DNA of 64,000 nt from Eledone cirrhosa (Eukaryota): contig OZ024741.1 in the NCBI GenBank assembly GCA_964016885.1, positions 415,028,001-415,092,000 on the forward strand, written 5' to 3'. The translations under genes were made by a program, and so were the position numbers. The notes under the pieces are model-generated. The model was not told the DNA's origin. It saw nothing but the letters and a program-made list of their open reading frames with translations, and did no database searches. Positions 27,801 to 41,300 of this stretch are shown piece after piece (position 1 is the stretch's first letter; each line of letters starts with the position of its first letter).

Positions 27801-28780
27801 CCTCACCTCTTTCTTTTCAAACCAGCTGTATCTGCCCAGAATTCCCTCACTTCTTTCTGTTCAAACCAGCTGTATCTGCCCAGAATTCCCTCACCTCTTT
27901 CTGTTCACAGCAGCTGTATCTGCCCAGAATTCCCTCACTTCTTTCTGTTCAAACCAGCTGTATCTGCCCAGAATTCTCTCACCTGTTTATGTTCAAACCA
28001 GCTGTATCTGGTCAGAATTCTCTCACTTCTTTCTGTTTAAACCAGCTGTATCTGGCCAGAATTCTCTCAATTTATTTCTGTTCAAACCAGCTGTATCTGA
28101 CCAGAATTCCCTCACCTCTTTCTGTTCAAACCAGCTGTATCTGACCAGAATTCTCTCACTTCTTTCTGTTCAAACCAGCTGTATCTGCCCAGAATTCCCT
28201 CACCTCTTTCTGTTCAAACCAGCTGTATCTGCCCAGAATTCCCCCACTTCTTTCTGTTCAAACCAGCTGTATCTGACCAGAATTCCCTCACCTCTTTCTG
28301 TTCAAACCAGCTGTATCTGACCAGAATTCTCTCACCTATTTCTGTTCAAACCAGCCATATCTGCCCAGAATTCCCCCACCTCTTTCTGTTCAAACCAGCT
28401 GTATCTGGCCAGAATTCCCTCACCTCTTTCTGTTGAAATCATCTGTATCTGCCCAGAATTCTCTCACTTCTTTTTGTTCAAACCAGCCATATCTGCCCAG
28501 AATTCCCTCACCTCTTTCTGTTCAAACCAGCTGTATCTGCCCAGAATTCCCCCACTTCTTTCTGTTCAAACCAGCTGTATCTGACCAGAATTCTCTCACT
28601 TCATTCTGTTCAACCCAGCTGTATCTGACCAGAATTCTCTCACCTCTTTCTGTTCAAACCAGCTGTATCTGCCCAGAATTCCCTCACTTCTTTCTGTTCA
28701 AACCAGCTGTATCTGCCCAGAAATCCCTCACCTCTTTCTGTTTAAACCAGCTGTATCTGGCCAGAATTCCCTCACTTATT
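21840..28780 (+). repeat. Dispersed duplication: about 21840-23890 copied at about 26420-28780 (offset 4,576, then 4,884 after 7 extra monomers)
   Basis: Pseudo-ORF pairs 21873/26449 and 22156/26732 (4576 = 104x44), then 22703/27587 and 23549/28433 (4884). The 308-bp difference equals 7 monomers added near 27.0-27.3 kb. Confidence 0.85.
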
Positions 28781-31509
28781 TCCGTTTAAACCAGCTGTAT
28801 CTGGCCAGATTTCTCTCACTTCTTTTTATTCAAACCAGCTGTATATGACCAGAATTCTGTCATTTCTTTCTGTTCAAACCAGCTGTATCTGCCCAGAATT
28901 CCCTCACCTCTTTCTGTTTACACCTTCTGTATATGCCCAGAATTTTCTCACCTCTTTCTGTTCAAAGCAGCTGTATCTGACCAGAATTCCCTCACTTCTT
29001 TCTGTTCAAACCAGCTGTATCTGCCCAGAATTCCCTCACCTCTTTCTGTTCAAACCAGCTGTATCTGGCCAGAATTCCCTCACCTCTTTCTGTTCAAATC
29101 ATCTGTATCTGCCCAGAATTCTCTCACTTCTTTCTGTTCAAACCAGCCATATCTGCCCAGAATTCCCTCACCTCTTTCTGTACAAACCAGCTGTATCTGA
29201 CCAGAATTCTCTCACTTCATTCTGTTCAAACCAGCTGTATCTGAGCAGAATTCTCTCACCTCTTTCTGTTCAAACCAGCTGTATCTGCCCAGAATTCCCT
29301 CACTTCTTTCTGTTCAAACCAGCTGTATCTGCCCTGAAACCCCTCACCTCTTTCTGTTCAAACCAGCTGTATCTGCCCAGAATTCCCTCACCTCTTTCTG
29401 TTCAAACCAGCTGTATCTGACCAGAATTCCCTCACCTATTTCTGTTCAAACCAGCCATATCTGCCCAGAATTCCCTCACCTCTTTCTGTTCAAATCATTT
29501 GTATCTGCCCAGAATTCTCTCACTTCTTTCTGTTCAAACCAGCTGTATCTGCTCAGAATTCCCTCACCTCTTTCTGTTCAAACCAGCTCTATCTGACCAG
29601 AATTCATTCTCCTCTTTTTGTTTAAACCATCTGTATCTGCCCAGAATTCTCTCACTTCTTTCTGTTCAAACCAGCTGTATCTGGTCAGAATTCTCTCACT
29701 TCTTTCCGTTTAAACCAGCTGTATCTGGCCAGATTTCTCTGACTTCTTTTTGTTCAAACCAGCTGTATCTGACCAGAATTCCCTCACCTCTTTCTGTTCA
29801 AACCAGCTGTATCTGCCCAGAATTCCCTCACTTCTTTCTGTACAAATCAGCTGTATCTGACCAGCATTCCCTCACCTCTTTCTGTTCAAACCAGCTGTAT
29901 CTGCCCAGAATTCCCTCACCTCTTTCTGTTCAAACCAGCTGTATCTGCCCAGAATTCCCTCACTTCTTTCTGTTCAAACCAGCTGTATCTGACCAGAATT
30001 CCCTCACCTCTTTCTGTTCAAACCAGCTGTATCTGCCCAGAATTCCCTCACTTCTTTCTGTTCAAACCATCTGTATCTGCCCAGAATTCTCTCACCTCTT
30101 TCTGTTCAAACCAGCTGTATCTGCCCAGAATTCCCTCACCACTTTCTGTTCAAACCAGCTGTATCTGCCCAGAATTCTCTCACCTGTTTATGTTCAAACC
30201 AGCTGTATCTGGTTAGAATTCTCTCACTTCTTTCTGTTTAAACCAGCTGTATCTGGCCAGAATTCTCTCACTTCTTTCTGTTCAAACCAGCTGTATCTGC
30301 CCAGAATTCCCTCACCTCCTTCTGTTCAAACCAGGTGTATCTGCCCAGAATTCCCTCACCTCTTTCTGTTCAAACCAGCTGTATCTGACCAGAATTCTGT
30401 CTCCTCTACCTGTTCAAACCTTCTGTATATGCGCAGAATTCTCTCACCTCTTTCTGTTTAAACCATCGGTATCTGCCCAGAATTCTCTGACCTCTTTCTG
30501 TTCAAACCAGCTGTATCTGACCAGCATTCCCTCACCTCTTTCTGTTCAAACCAGCCGTAGCTGCCCGGAATTCCATCACCTCTTTCTGTTCAAACCTGCT
30601 GTATCTGGTCAGAATTCTCTCACTTCTTTCCGTTTAAACCAGCTGTATCTGGCCAGATTTCTCTCACTTCTTTTTGTTCAAACCAGCTGTATCTGACCAG
30701 AATTCCCTCACCTCTTTCTGTTCAAACCAGCTGTATCTGCCCAGAATTCCCTCACTTCTTTCTGTTCAAATCAGCTGTATCTGCCCAGAATTTCCTCACC
30801 TCTTTCTGTTCAAACCAGCTGTATCTGCCCAGAATTCCCTCACCACTTTCTGTTCAAACCAGCTGTATCTGACCAGAATTCTCTCACCTCTTTCTGTTTA
30901 AACCAGCTGCATCTGCCCAGAATTCTCTCACCTGTTTATGTTTAAACCAGCTGTATCTGGTTAGAATTCTCTCACTTCTTTCTGTTTAAACCAGCTGTAT
31001 CTGGCCAGAATTCTCTCACTTCTTTCTGTTCAAACCAGCTGTATCTGCCCAGATTTCCCTCACCACTTTCTGTTCAAACCAGCTGTATCTAACCAGAATT
31101 CTCTCACCTCTTTCTGTTTAAACCAGCTGCATTTGCCCAGAATTCTCTCACCTGTTTATGTTCAAACCAGCTGTATCTGGTTAGAATTCTCTCACTTCTT
31201 TCTGTTTAAACCAGCTGTATCTGGCCAGAATTCTCTCACTTCTTTCTGTTCAAACCAGCTGTATCTGCCCAGAATTCGCTCACCTCTTTCTGTTCAAACC
31301 AGCTGTATCTGACCAGAATTCCGTCTCCTCTTTCTGTTTAAACTTTCTGTATATGCGCAGAATTCTCTCACCTCTTTATGTTTAAACCAGCGGTATCTGC
31401 CCATAATTCTCTCACCTCTTTCTGTTCAAACCAGCTCTATCTGGTTAGAATTCTCTCACTTCTTTCTGTTTAAACCAGCTGTATCTGGCCAGAATTCCCC
31501 CACTTCTTT

Positions 31510-34500
31510 CTGTTCAAACCAGCTGTATCTGCCCAGAATTCCCTCACCTCTTTCTGTTCAAACCAGCTGTATCTGACCAGAATTCTCTCACTTCATTCTG
31601 TTCAAACCAGCTGTATCTGACCAGAATTCTCTCACTTCATTCTGTTCAAACCAGCTGTATCTGCCCAGAATTCTCTCACTTCATTCTGTTCAAACCAGCT
31701 GTATCTGACCAGAATTCTCTCACCTCTTTCTGTTCAAACCAGCTGTATCTGCCCAGAATTCCCTCACTTCTTTCTGTTCAAACCAGCTGTATCTGCCCTG
31801 AAATCCCTCACCTCTTTCTGTTCAAACCAGCTGTATCTGCCCAGAATTCTCTCACCTCATTCTGTTCAAACCAGCTGTATCTGTCCAGAATTCCATCACC
31901 TCTTTCTGTTCAAACCAGCTGTATCTGTCCAGAATTCCCTCACCTCTTTCTTTTCAAACCAGCTGTATCTGCCCAGAATTCCCTCACCTCTTTCTTTTCA
32001 AACCAGCTGTATCTGCCCAGAATTCTCTCACCTCATTCTGTTCAAACCAGCTGTATCTGTCCAGAATTCCCTCACCTCTTTCTGTTCAAACCAGCCGTAT
32101 CTGCCCAGAATTCCCTCACCTCTTTCTTTTCAAACCAGCTGTATCTGCCCAAAATTCCCTCACTTCTTTCTGTTCAAACCAGCTGTATCTGCCCAGAATT
32201 CCCTCACCGCTTTCTGTTCACAGCAGCTATATCTGCCCAGAATTCCCTCACTTCTTTCTGTTCAAACCAGCTGTATCTGCCCAGAATTCTCTCACCTGTT
32301 TATGTTCAAACCAGCTGTATCTGGTCAGAATTCTCTCACTTCTTTCTGTTTAAACCAGCTGTATCTGGCCAGAATTCTCTCAATTTATTTCTGTTCAAAC
32401 CAGCTGTATCTGACCAGAATTCCCTCACCTCTTTCTGTTCAAACCAGCTGTATCTGACCAGAATTCTCTCACTTCTTTCTGTTCAAACCAGCTGTATCTG
32501 CCCAGAATTCCCTCACCTCTTTCTGTTCAAACCAGCTGTATCTGCCCAGAATTCCCTCACTTCTTTCTGTTCAAACCAGCTGTATCTGCCCAGAATTCTC
32601 TCACCTGTTTATGTTCAAACCAGCTGTATCTGGCCAGAATTCTCTCAATTTATTTCTGTTCAAACCAGCTGTATCTGACCAGAATTCCCTCACCTCTTTC
32701 TGTTCAAACCAGCTGTATCTGCCCAGAATTCCCCCACTTCTTTCTGTTGAAACCAGCTGTATCTGCCCAGAATTCCCTCACCTCTTTCTGTTCAAACCAG
32801 CTGTATCTGCCCAGAATTCCCTCACCTCTTTCTGTTCAAACCAGCTGTATCTGACCAGAATTCTCTCACTTCATTCTGTTCAAACCAGCTGTATCTGACC
32901 AGAATTCTCTCACTTCATTCTGTTCAAACCAGCTGTATCTGCCCAGAATTCTCTCACTTCATTCTGTTCAAACCAGCTGTATCTGACCAGAATTCTCTCA
33001 CCTCTTTCTGTTCAAACCAGCTGTATCTGCCCAGAATTCCCTCACTTCTTTCTGTTCAAACCAGCTGTATCTGCCCTGAAATCCCTCACCTCTTTCTGTT
33101 CAAACCAGCTGTATCTGCCCAGAATTCTCTCACCTCATTCTGTTCAAACCAGCTGTATCTGTCCAGAATTCCATCACCTCTTTCTGTTCAAACCAGCTGT
33201 ATCTGTCCAGAATTCCCTCACCTCTTTCTTTTCAAACCAGCTGTATCTGCCCAGAATTCCCTCACCTCTTTCTTTTCAAACCAGCTGTATCTGCCCAGAA
33301 TTCTCTCACCTCATTCTGTTCAAACCAGCTGTATCTGTCCAGAATTCCCTCACCTCTTTCTGTTCAAACCAGCCGTATCTGCCCAGAATTCCCTCACCTC
33401 TTTCTTTTCAAACCAGCTGTATCTGCCCCAAATTCCCTCACTTCTTTCTGTTCAAACCAGCTGTATCTGCCCAGAATTCCCTCACCGCTTTCTGTTCACA
33501 GCAGCTATATCTGCCCAGAATTCCCTCACTTCTTTCTGTTCAAACCAGCTGTATCTGCCCAGAATTCTCTCACCTGTTTATGTTCAAACCAGCTGTATCT
33601 GGTCAGAATTCTCTCACTTCTTTCTGTTTAAACCAGCTGTATCTGGCCAGAATTCTCTCAATTTATTTCTGTTCAAACCAGCTGTATCTGACCAGAATTC
33701 CCTCACCTCTTTCTGTTCAAACCAGCTGTATCTGACCAGAATTCTCTCACTTCTTTCTGTTCAAACCAGCTGTATCTGCCCAGAATTCCCTCACCTCTTT
33801 CTGTTCAAACCAGCTGTATCTGCCCAGAATTCCCTCACTTCTTTCTGTTCAAACCAGCTGTATCTGCCCAGAATTCTCTCACCTGTTTATGTTCAAACCA
33901 GCTGTATCTGGCCAGAATTCTCTCAATTTATTTCTGTTCAAACCAGCTGTATCTGACCAGAATTCCCTCACCTCTTTCTGTTCAAACCAGCTGTATCTGC
34001 CCAGAATTCCCCCACTTCTTTCTGTTGAAACCAGCTGTATCTGCCCAGAATTCCCTCACCTCTTTCTGTTCAAACCAGCTGTATCTGCCCAGAATTCCCT
34101 CACCTCTTTCTGTTCAAACCAGCTGTATCTGACCAGAATTCTCTCACTTCATTCTGTTCAAACCAGCTGTATCTGACCAGAATTCTCTCACTTCATTCTG
34201 TTCAAACCAGCTGTATCTGCCCAGAATTCTCTCACTTCATTCTGTTCAAACCAGCTGTATCTGACCAGAATTCTCTCACCTCTTTCTGTTCAAACCAGCT
34301 GTATCTGCCCAGAATTCCCTCACTTCTTTCTGTTCAAACCAGCTGTATCTGCCCTGAAATCCCTCACCTCTTTCTGTTCAAACCAGCTGTATCTGCCCAG
34401 AATTCTCTCACCTCATTCTGTTCAAACCAGCTGTATCTGTCCAGAATTCCATCACCTCTTTCTGTTCAAACCAGCTGTATCTGTCCAGAATTCCCTCACC

Positions 34501-35365
34501 TCTTTCTTTTCAAACCAGCTGTATCTGCCCAGAATTCCCTCACCTCTTTCTTTTCAAACCAGCTGTATCTGCCCAGAATTCTCTCACCTCATTCTGTTCA
34601 AACCAGCTGTATCTGTCCAGAATTCCCTCACCTCTTTCTGTTCAAACCAGCCGTATCTGCCCAGAATTCCCTCACCTCTTTCTTTTCAAACCAGCTGTAT
34701 CTGCCCAAAATTCCCTCACTTCTTTCTGTTCAAACCAGCTGTATCTGCCCAGAATTCCCTCACCGCTTTCTGTTCACAGCAGCTATATCTGCCCAGAATT
34801 CCCTCACTTCTTTCTGTTCAAACCAGCTGTATCTGCCCAGAATTCTCTCACCTGTTTATGTTCAAACCAGCTGTATCTGGTCAGAATTCTCTCACTTCTT
34901 TCTGTTTAAACCAGCTGTATCTGGCCAGAATTCTCTCAATTTATTTCTGTTCAAACCAGCTGTATCTGACCAGAATTCCCTCACCTCTTTCTGTTCAAAC
35001 CAGCTGTATCTGACCAGAATTCTCTCACTTCTTTCTGTTCAAACCAGCTGTATCTGCCCAGAATTCCCTCACCTCTTTCTGTTCAAACCAGCTGTATCTG
35101 CCCAGAATTCCCTCACTTCTTTCTGTTCAAACCAGCTGTATCTGCCCAGAATTCTCTCACCTGTTTATGTTCAAACCAGCTGTATCTGGCCAGAATTCTC
35201 TCAATTTATTTCTGTTCAAACCAGCTGTATCTGACCAGAATTCCCTCACCTCTTTCTGTTCAAACCAGCTGTATCTGCCCAGAATTCCCCCACTTCTTTC
35301 TGTTGAAACCAGCTGTATCTGCCCAGAATTCCCTCACCTCTTTCTGTTCAAACCAGCTGTATCTG
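31510..35365 (+). repeat. HOR family 3a: 1,278-bp (29-monomer) unit in three tandem copies
   Basis: Pseudo-ORF starts at 32611, 33889, 35167 (spacing 1278 = 29x44 + 2, two 45-bp monomers per unit). Markers ttccatcacc and accgctttctgttcacagcagctata recur at this spacing. Confidence 0.9.
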
Positions 35366-38300
35366 ACCAGAATTCTCTCACCTATTTCTGTTCAAACCAG
35401 CCATATCTGCCCAGAATTCCCTCACCTCTTTCTGTTTAAACCAGCTGTATCTGGCCAGAATTCTCTCACTTGTTTCTGTTCAAACCAGCTGTATCTGCAC
35501 AGAATTCTCTCACCTGTTTACGTTCAAACCAGCTGTATCTGGTCAGAATTCTCTCACTTATTTCCGTTTAAACCAGCTGTATCTGGCCAGATTTCTCTCA
35601 CTTCTTTTTATTCAAACCAGCTGTATATGACCAGAATTCTCTCACTTCTTTCTGTTCAAACCAGCTGTATCTGCCCAGAATTCCCTCACCTCTTTCTGTT
35701 CAAACCATCTGTATCTGACCAGAATTCCCTCTCCTCTTTCTGTTTAAACCATCTGTATCTGCCCAGAATTCTGTCACTTCTTTCTGTTCAAACCAGCTGT
35801 ATCTGCCCAGAATTCCCTCACCTCTTTCTGTTTACACCTTCTGTATATGCCCAGAATTTTCTCACCTCTTTCTGTTCAAAGCAGCTGTATCTGCCCAGAA
35901 TTCCCTCACTTCTTTCTGTTCAAACCAGCTGTATCTGCCCAGAATTCCCTCACCTCTTTCTGTTCAAACCAGCTGTATCTGGCCAGAATTCCCTCACCTC
36001 TTTCTGTTTAAACCAGCTGTATCTGCCCAGAATTCTCTCACTTGTTTCTTTTCAAACCAGCTGTATCTGCCCAGAATTCTCTCACTTCTTTCTATTCAAA
36101 CCAGCTGTATCTGCCCTGAAATCCCTCACCTCTTTCTGTTCAAACCAGCTGTATCTGCCCAGAATTCTCTCACCTCATTCTGTTCATACCAGCTGTATCT
36201 GTCCAGAATTCCCTCACCTCTTTCTGTTCAAACCAGCCGTATCTGCCCAGAATTCCCTCACCTCTTTCTTTTCAAACCAGCTGTATCTGCCCAGAATTCT
36301 CTCACTTCTTTCTGTTCAAACCAGCTGTATCTGCCCTGAAATCCCTCACCTCTTTCTGTTCAAACCAGCTGTATCTGCCCAGAATTCTCTCACCTCATTC
36401 TGTTCATACCAGCTGTATCTGGCCAGAATTCCCTCACCTCTTTCTGTTCAAATCATCTGTATCTGCCCAGAATTCTCTCACTTCTTTCTGTTCAAACCAG
36501 CCATATCTGCCCAGAATTCCCTCACCTCTTTCTGTTCAAACCAGCTGTATCTGACCAGAATTCTCTCACTTCATTCTGTTCAAACCAGCTGTATCTGACC
36601 AGAATTCTCTCACCTCTTTCTGTTCAAACCAGCTGTATCTGCCCAGAATTCCCTCACTTCTTTCTGTTCAAACCAGCTGTATCTGCCCTGAAATCCCTCA
36701 CCTCTTTCTGTTCAAACCAGCTGTATCTGCCCAGAATTCTCTCACCTCATTCTGTTCAAACCAGCTGTATCTGTCCAGAATTCCCTCACCTCTTTCTGTT
36801 CAAACCAGCCGTATCTGCCCAGAATTCCCTCACCTCTTTCTTTTCAAACCAGCTGTATCTGCCCAGAATTCTCTCACCTCATTCTGTTCAAACCAGCTGT
36901 ATCTGTCCAGAATTCCCTCACCTCTTTCTGTTCAAACCATCTGTATCTGACCAGAATTCCCTCTCCTCTTTCTGTTTAAACCATCTGTATCTGCCCAGAA
37001 TTCTGTCACTTCTTTCTGTTCAAACCAGCTGTATCTGCCCAGAATTCCCTCACCTCTTTCTGTTTACACCTTCTGTATATGCCCAGAATTTTCTCACCTC
37101 TTTCTGTTCAAAGCAGCTGTATCTGCCCAGAATTCCCTCACTTCTTTCTGTTCAAACCAGCTGTATCTGCCCAGAATTCCCTCACCTCTTTCTGTTCAAA
37201 CCAGCTGTATCTGGCCAGAATTCCCTCACCTCTTTCTGTTTAAACCAGCTGTATCTGCCCAGAATTCTCTCACTTGTTTCTTTTCAAACCAGCTGTATCT
37301 GCCCAGAATTCTCTCACTTCTTTCTATTCAAACCAGCTGTATCTGCCCTGAAATCCCTCACCTCTTTCTGTTCAAACCAGCTGTATCTGCCCAGAATTCT
37401 CTCACCTCATTCTGTTCATACCAGCTGTATCTGTCCAGAATTCCCTCACCTCTTTCTGTTCAAACCAGCCGTATCTGCCCAGAATTCCCTCACCTCTTTC
37501 TTTTCAAACCAGCTGTATCTGCCCAGAATTCTCTCACTTCTTTCTGTTCAAACCAGCTGTATCTGCCCTGAAATCCCTCACCTCTTTCTGTTCAAACCAG
37601 CTGTATCTGCCCAGAATTCTCTCACCTCATTCTGTTCATACCAGCTGTATCTGGCCAGAATTCCCTCACCTCTTTCTGTTCAAATCATCTGTATCTGCCC
37701 AGAATTCTCTCACTTCTTTCTGTTCAAACCAGCCATATCTGCCCAGAATTCCCTCACCTCTTTCTGTTCAAACCAGCTGTATCTGACCAGAATTCTCTCA
37801 CTTCATTCTGTTCAAACCAGCTGTATCTGACCAGAATTCTCTCACCTCTTTCTGTTCAAACCAGCTGTATCTGCCCAGAATTCCCTCACTTCTTTCTGTT
37901 CAAACCAGCTGTATCTGCCCTGAAATCCCTCACCTCTTTCTGTTCAAACCAGCTGTATCTGCCCAGAATTCTCTCACCTCATTCTGTTCAAACCAGCTGT
38001 ATCTGTCCAGAATTCCCTCACCTCTTTCTGTTCAAACCAGCCGTATCTGCCCAGAATTCCCTCACCTCTTTCTTTTCAAACCAGCTGTATCTGCCCAGAA
38101 TTCTCTCACCTCATTCTGTTCAAACCAGCTGTATCTGTCCAGAATTCCCTCACCTCTTTCTGTTCAAACCAGCCGTATCTGCCCAGAATTCCCTCACCTC
38201 TTTCTTTTCAAACCAGCTGTATCTGCCCAGAATTCCCTCACTTCTTTCTGTTCAAACCAGCTGTATCTGCCCAGAATTCCCTCACCGCTTTCTGTTCACA

Positions 38301-41300
38301 GCAGCTATATCTGCCCAGAATTCCCTCACTTCTTTCTGTTCAAACCAGCTGTATCTGCCCAGAATTCTCTCACCTGTTTATGTTCAAACCAGCTGTATCT
38401 GGTCAGAATTCTCTCACTTCTTTCTGTTTAAACCAGCTGTATCTGGCCAGAATTCTCTCAATTTATTTCTGTTCAAACCAGCTGTATCTGGTCAGAAATC
38501 TCTCACTTCTTTCTGTTTAAACCAGCTGTATCTGGCCAGAATTCTCTCAATTTATTTCTGTTCAAACCAGCTGTATCTGACCAGAATTCCCTCACCTCTT
38601 TCTGTTCAAACCAGCTGTATCTGCCCAGAATTCCCCCACTTCTTTCTGTTCAAACCAGCTGTATCTGCCCAGAATTCCCTCACCTCTTTCTGTTCAAACC
38701 AGCTGTATCTGACCAGAATTCTCTCACTTCTTTCTGTTCAAACCAGCCATATCTGCCCAGAATTCCCCCACCTCTTTCTGTTCAAACCAGCTGTATCTGA
38801 CCAGAATTCTCTCACTTCATTCTGTTCAAACCAGCTGTATCTGACCAGAATTCTCTCACTTCATTCTGTTCAAACCAGCTGTATCTGCCCAGAATTCTCT
38901 CACTTCATTCTGTTCAAACCAGCTGTATCTGACCAGAATTCTCTCACCTCTTTCTGTTCAAACCAGCTGTATCTGCCCAGAATTCCCTCACCTCTTTCTG
39001 TTCAAACCAGCTGTATCTGACCAGAATTCCGTCTCCTCTTTCTGTTTAAACTTTCTGTATATGCGCAGAATTCTCTCACCTCTTTATGTTTAAACCAGCG
39101 GTATCTGCCCATAATTCTCTCACCTCTTTCTGTTCAAACCAGCTCTATCTGGTTAGAATTCTCTCACTTCTTTCTGTTTAAACCAGCTGTATCTGGCCAG
39201 AATTCCCCCACTTCTTTCTGTTCAAACCAGCTGTATCTGCCCAGAATTCCCTCACCTCTTTCTGTTCAAACCAGCTGTATCTGACCAGAATTCTCTCACT
39301 TCTTTCTGTTCAAACCAGCCATATCTGCCCAGAATTCCCTCACCTCTTTCTGTTCAAACCAGCTGTATCTGACCAGAATTCTCTCACTTCATTCTGTTCA
39401 AACCAGCTGTATCTGACCAGAATTCTCTCACTTCATTCTGTTCAAACCAGCTGTATCTGCCCAGAATTCTCTCACTTCATTCTGTTCAAACCAGCTGTAT
39501 CTGACCAGAATTCTCTCACCTCTTTCTGTTCAAACCAGCTGTATCTGCCCAGAATTCCCTCACTTCTTTCTGTTCAAACCAGCTGTATCTGCCCTGAAAT
39601 CCCTCACCTCTTTCTGTTCAAACCAGCTGTATCTGCCCAGAATTCTCTCACCTCATTCTGTTCAAACCAGCTGTATCTGTCCAGAATTCCCTCACCTCTT
39701 TCTGTTCAAACCAGCTGTATCTGTCCAGAATTCCCTCACCTCTTTCTTTTCAAACCAGCTGTATCTGCCCAGAATTCCCTCACCTCTTTCTTTTCAAACC
39801 AGCTGTATCTGCCCAGAATTCTCTCACCTCATTCTGTTCAAACCAGCTGTATCTGTCCAGAATTCCCTCACCTCTTTCTGTTCAAACCAGCCGTATCTGC
39901 CCAGAATTCCCTCACCTCTTTCTTTTCAAACCAGCTGTATCTGCCCAAAATTCCCTCACTTCTTTCTGTTCAAACCAGCTGTATCTGCCCAGAATTCCCT
40001 CACCGCTTTCTGTTCACAGCAGCTATATCTGCCCAGAATTCCCTCACTTCTTTCTGTTCAAACCAGCTGTATCTGCCCAGAATTCTCTCACCTGTTTATG
40101 TTCAAACCAGCTGTATCTGGTCAGAATTCTCTCACTTCTTTCTGTTTAAACCAGCTGTATCTGGCCAGAATTCTCTCAATTTATTTCTGTTCAAACCAGC
40201 TGTATCTGACCAGAATTCCCTCACCTCTTTCTGTTCAAACCAGCTGTATCTGACCAGAATTCTCTCACTTCTTTCTGTTCAAACCAGCTGTATCTGCCCA
40301 GAATTCCCTCACCTCTTTCTGTTCAAACCAGCTGTATCTGCCCAGAATTCCCTCACTTCTTTCTGTTCAAACCAGCTGTATCTGCCCAGAATTCTCTCAC
40401 CTGTTTATGTTCAAACCAGCTGTATCTGGCCAGAATTCTCTCAATTTATTTCTGTTCAAACCAGCTGTATCTGACCAGAATTCCCTCACCTCTTTCTGTT
40501 CAAACCAGCTGTATCTGCCCAGAATTCCCCCACTTCTTTCTGTTGAAACCAGCTGTATCTGCCCAGAATTCCCTCACCTCTTTCTGTTCAAACCAGCTGT
40601 ATCTGACCAGAATTCTCTCACCTATTTCTGTTCAAACCAGCCATATCTGCCCAGAATTCCCTTACCTCTTTCTGTTTAAACCAGCTGTATCTGGCCAGAA
40701 TTCTCTCACTTGTTTCTGTTCAAACCAGCTGTATCTGCACAGAATTCTCTCACCTGTTTACGTTCAAACCAGCTGTATCTGGTCAGAATTCTCTCACTTA
40801 TTTCCGTTTAAACCAGCTGTATCTGGCCAGATTTCTCTCACTTCTTTTTATTCAAACCAGCTGTATATGACCAGAATTCTCTCACTTCTTTCTGTTCAAA
40901 CCAGCTGTATCTGCCCAGAATTCCCTCACCTCTTTCTGTTCAAACCATCTGTATCTGACCAGAATTCCCTCTCCTCTTTCTGTTTAAACCATCTGTATCT
41001 GCCCAGAATTCTGTCACTTCTTTCTGTTCAAACCAGCTGTATCTGCCCAGAATTCCCTCACCTCTTTCTGTTCAAACCAGCTGTATCTGCCCAGAATTCC
41101 CTCACCTCTTTCTGTTCAAACCAGCTGTATCTGGCCAGAATTCCCTCACCTCTTTCTGTTTAAACCAGCTGTATCTGCCCAGAATTCTCTCACTTGTTTC
41201 TGTTCAAACCAGCTGTATCTGCCCAGAATTCTCTCACTTCTTTCTATTCAAACCAGCTGTATCTGCCCTGAAATCCCTCACCTCTTTCTGTTCAAACCAG

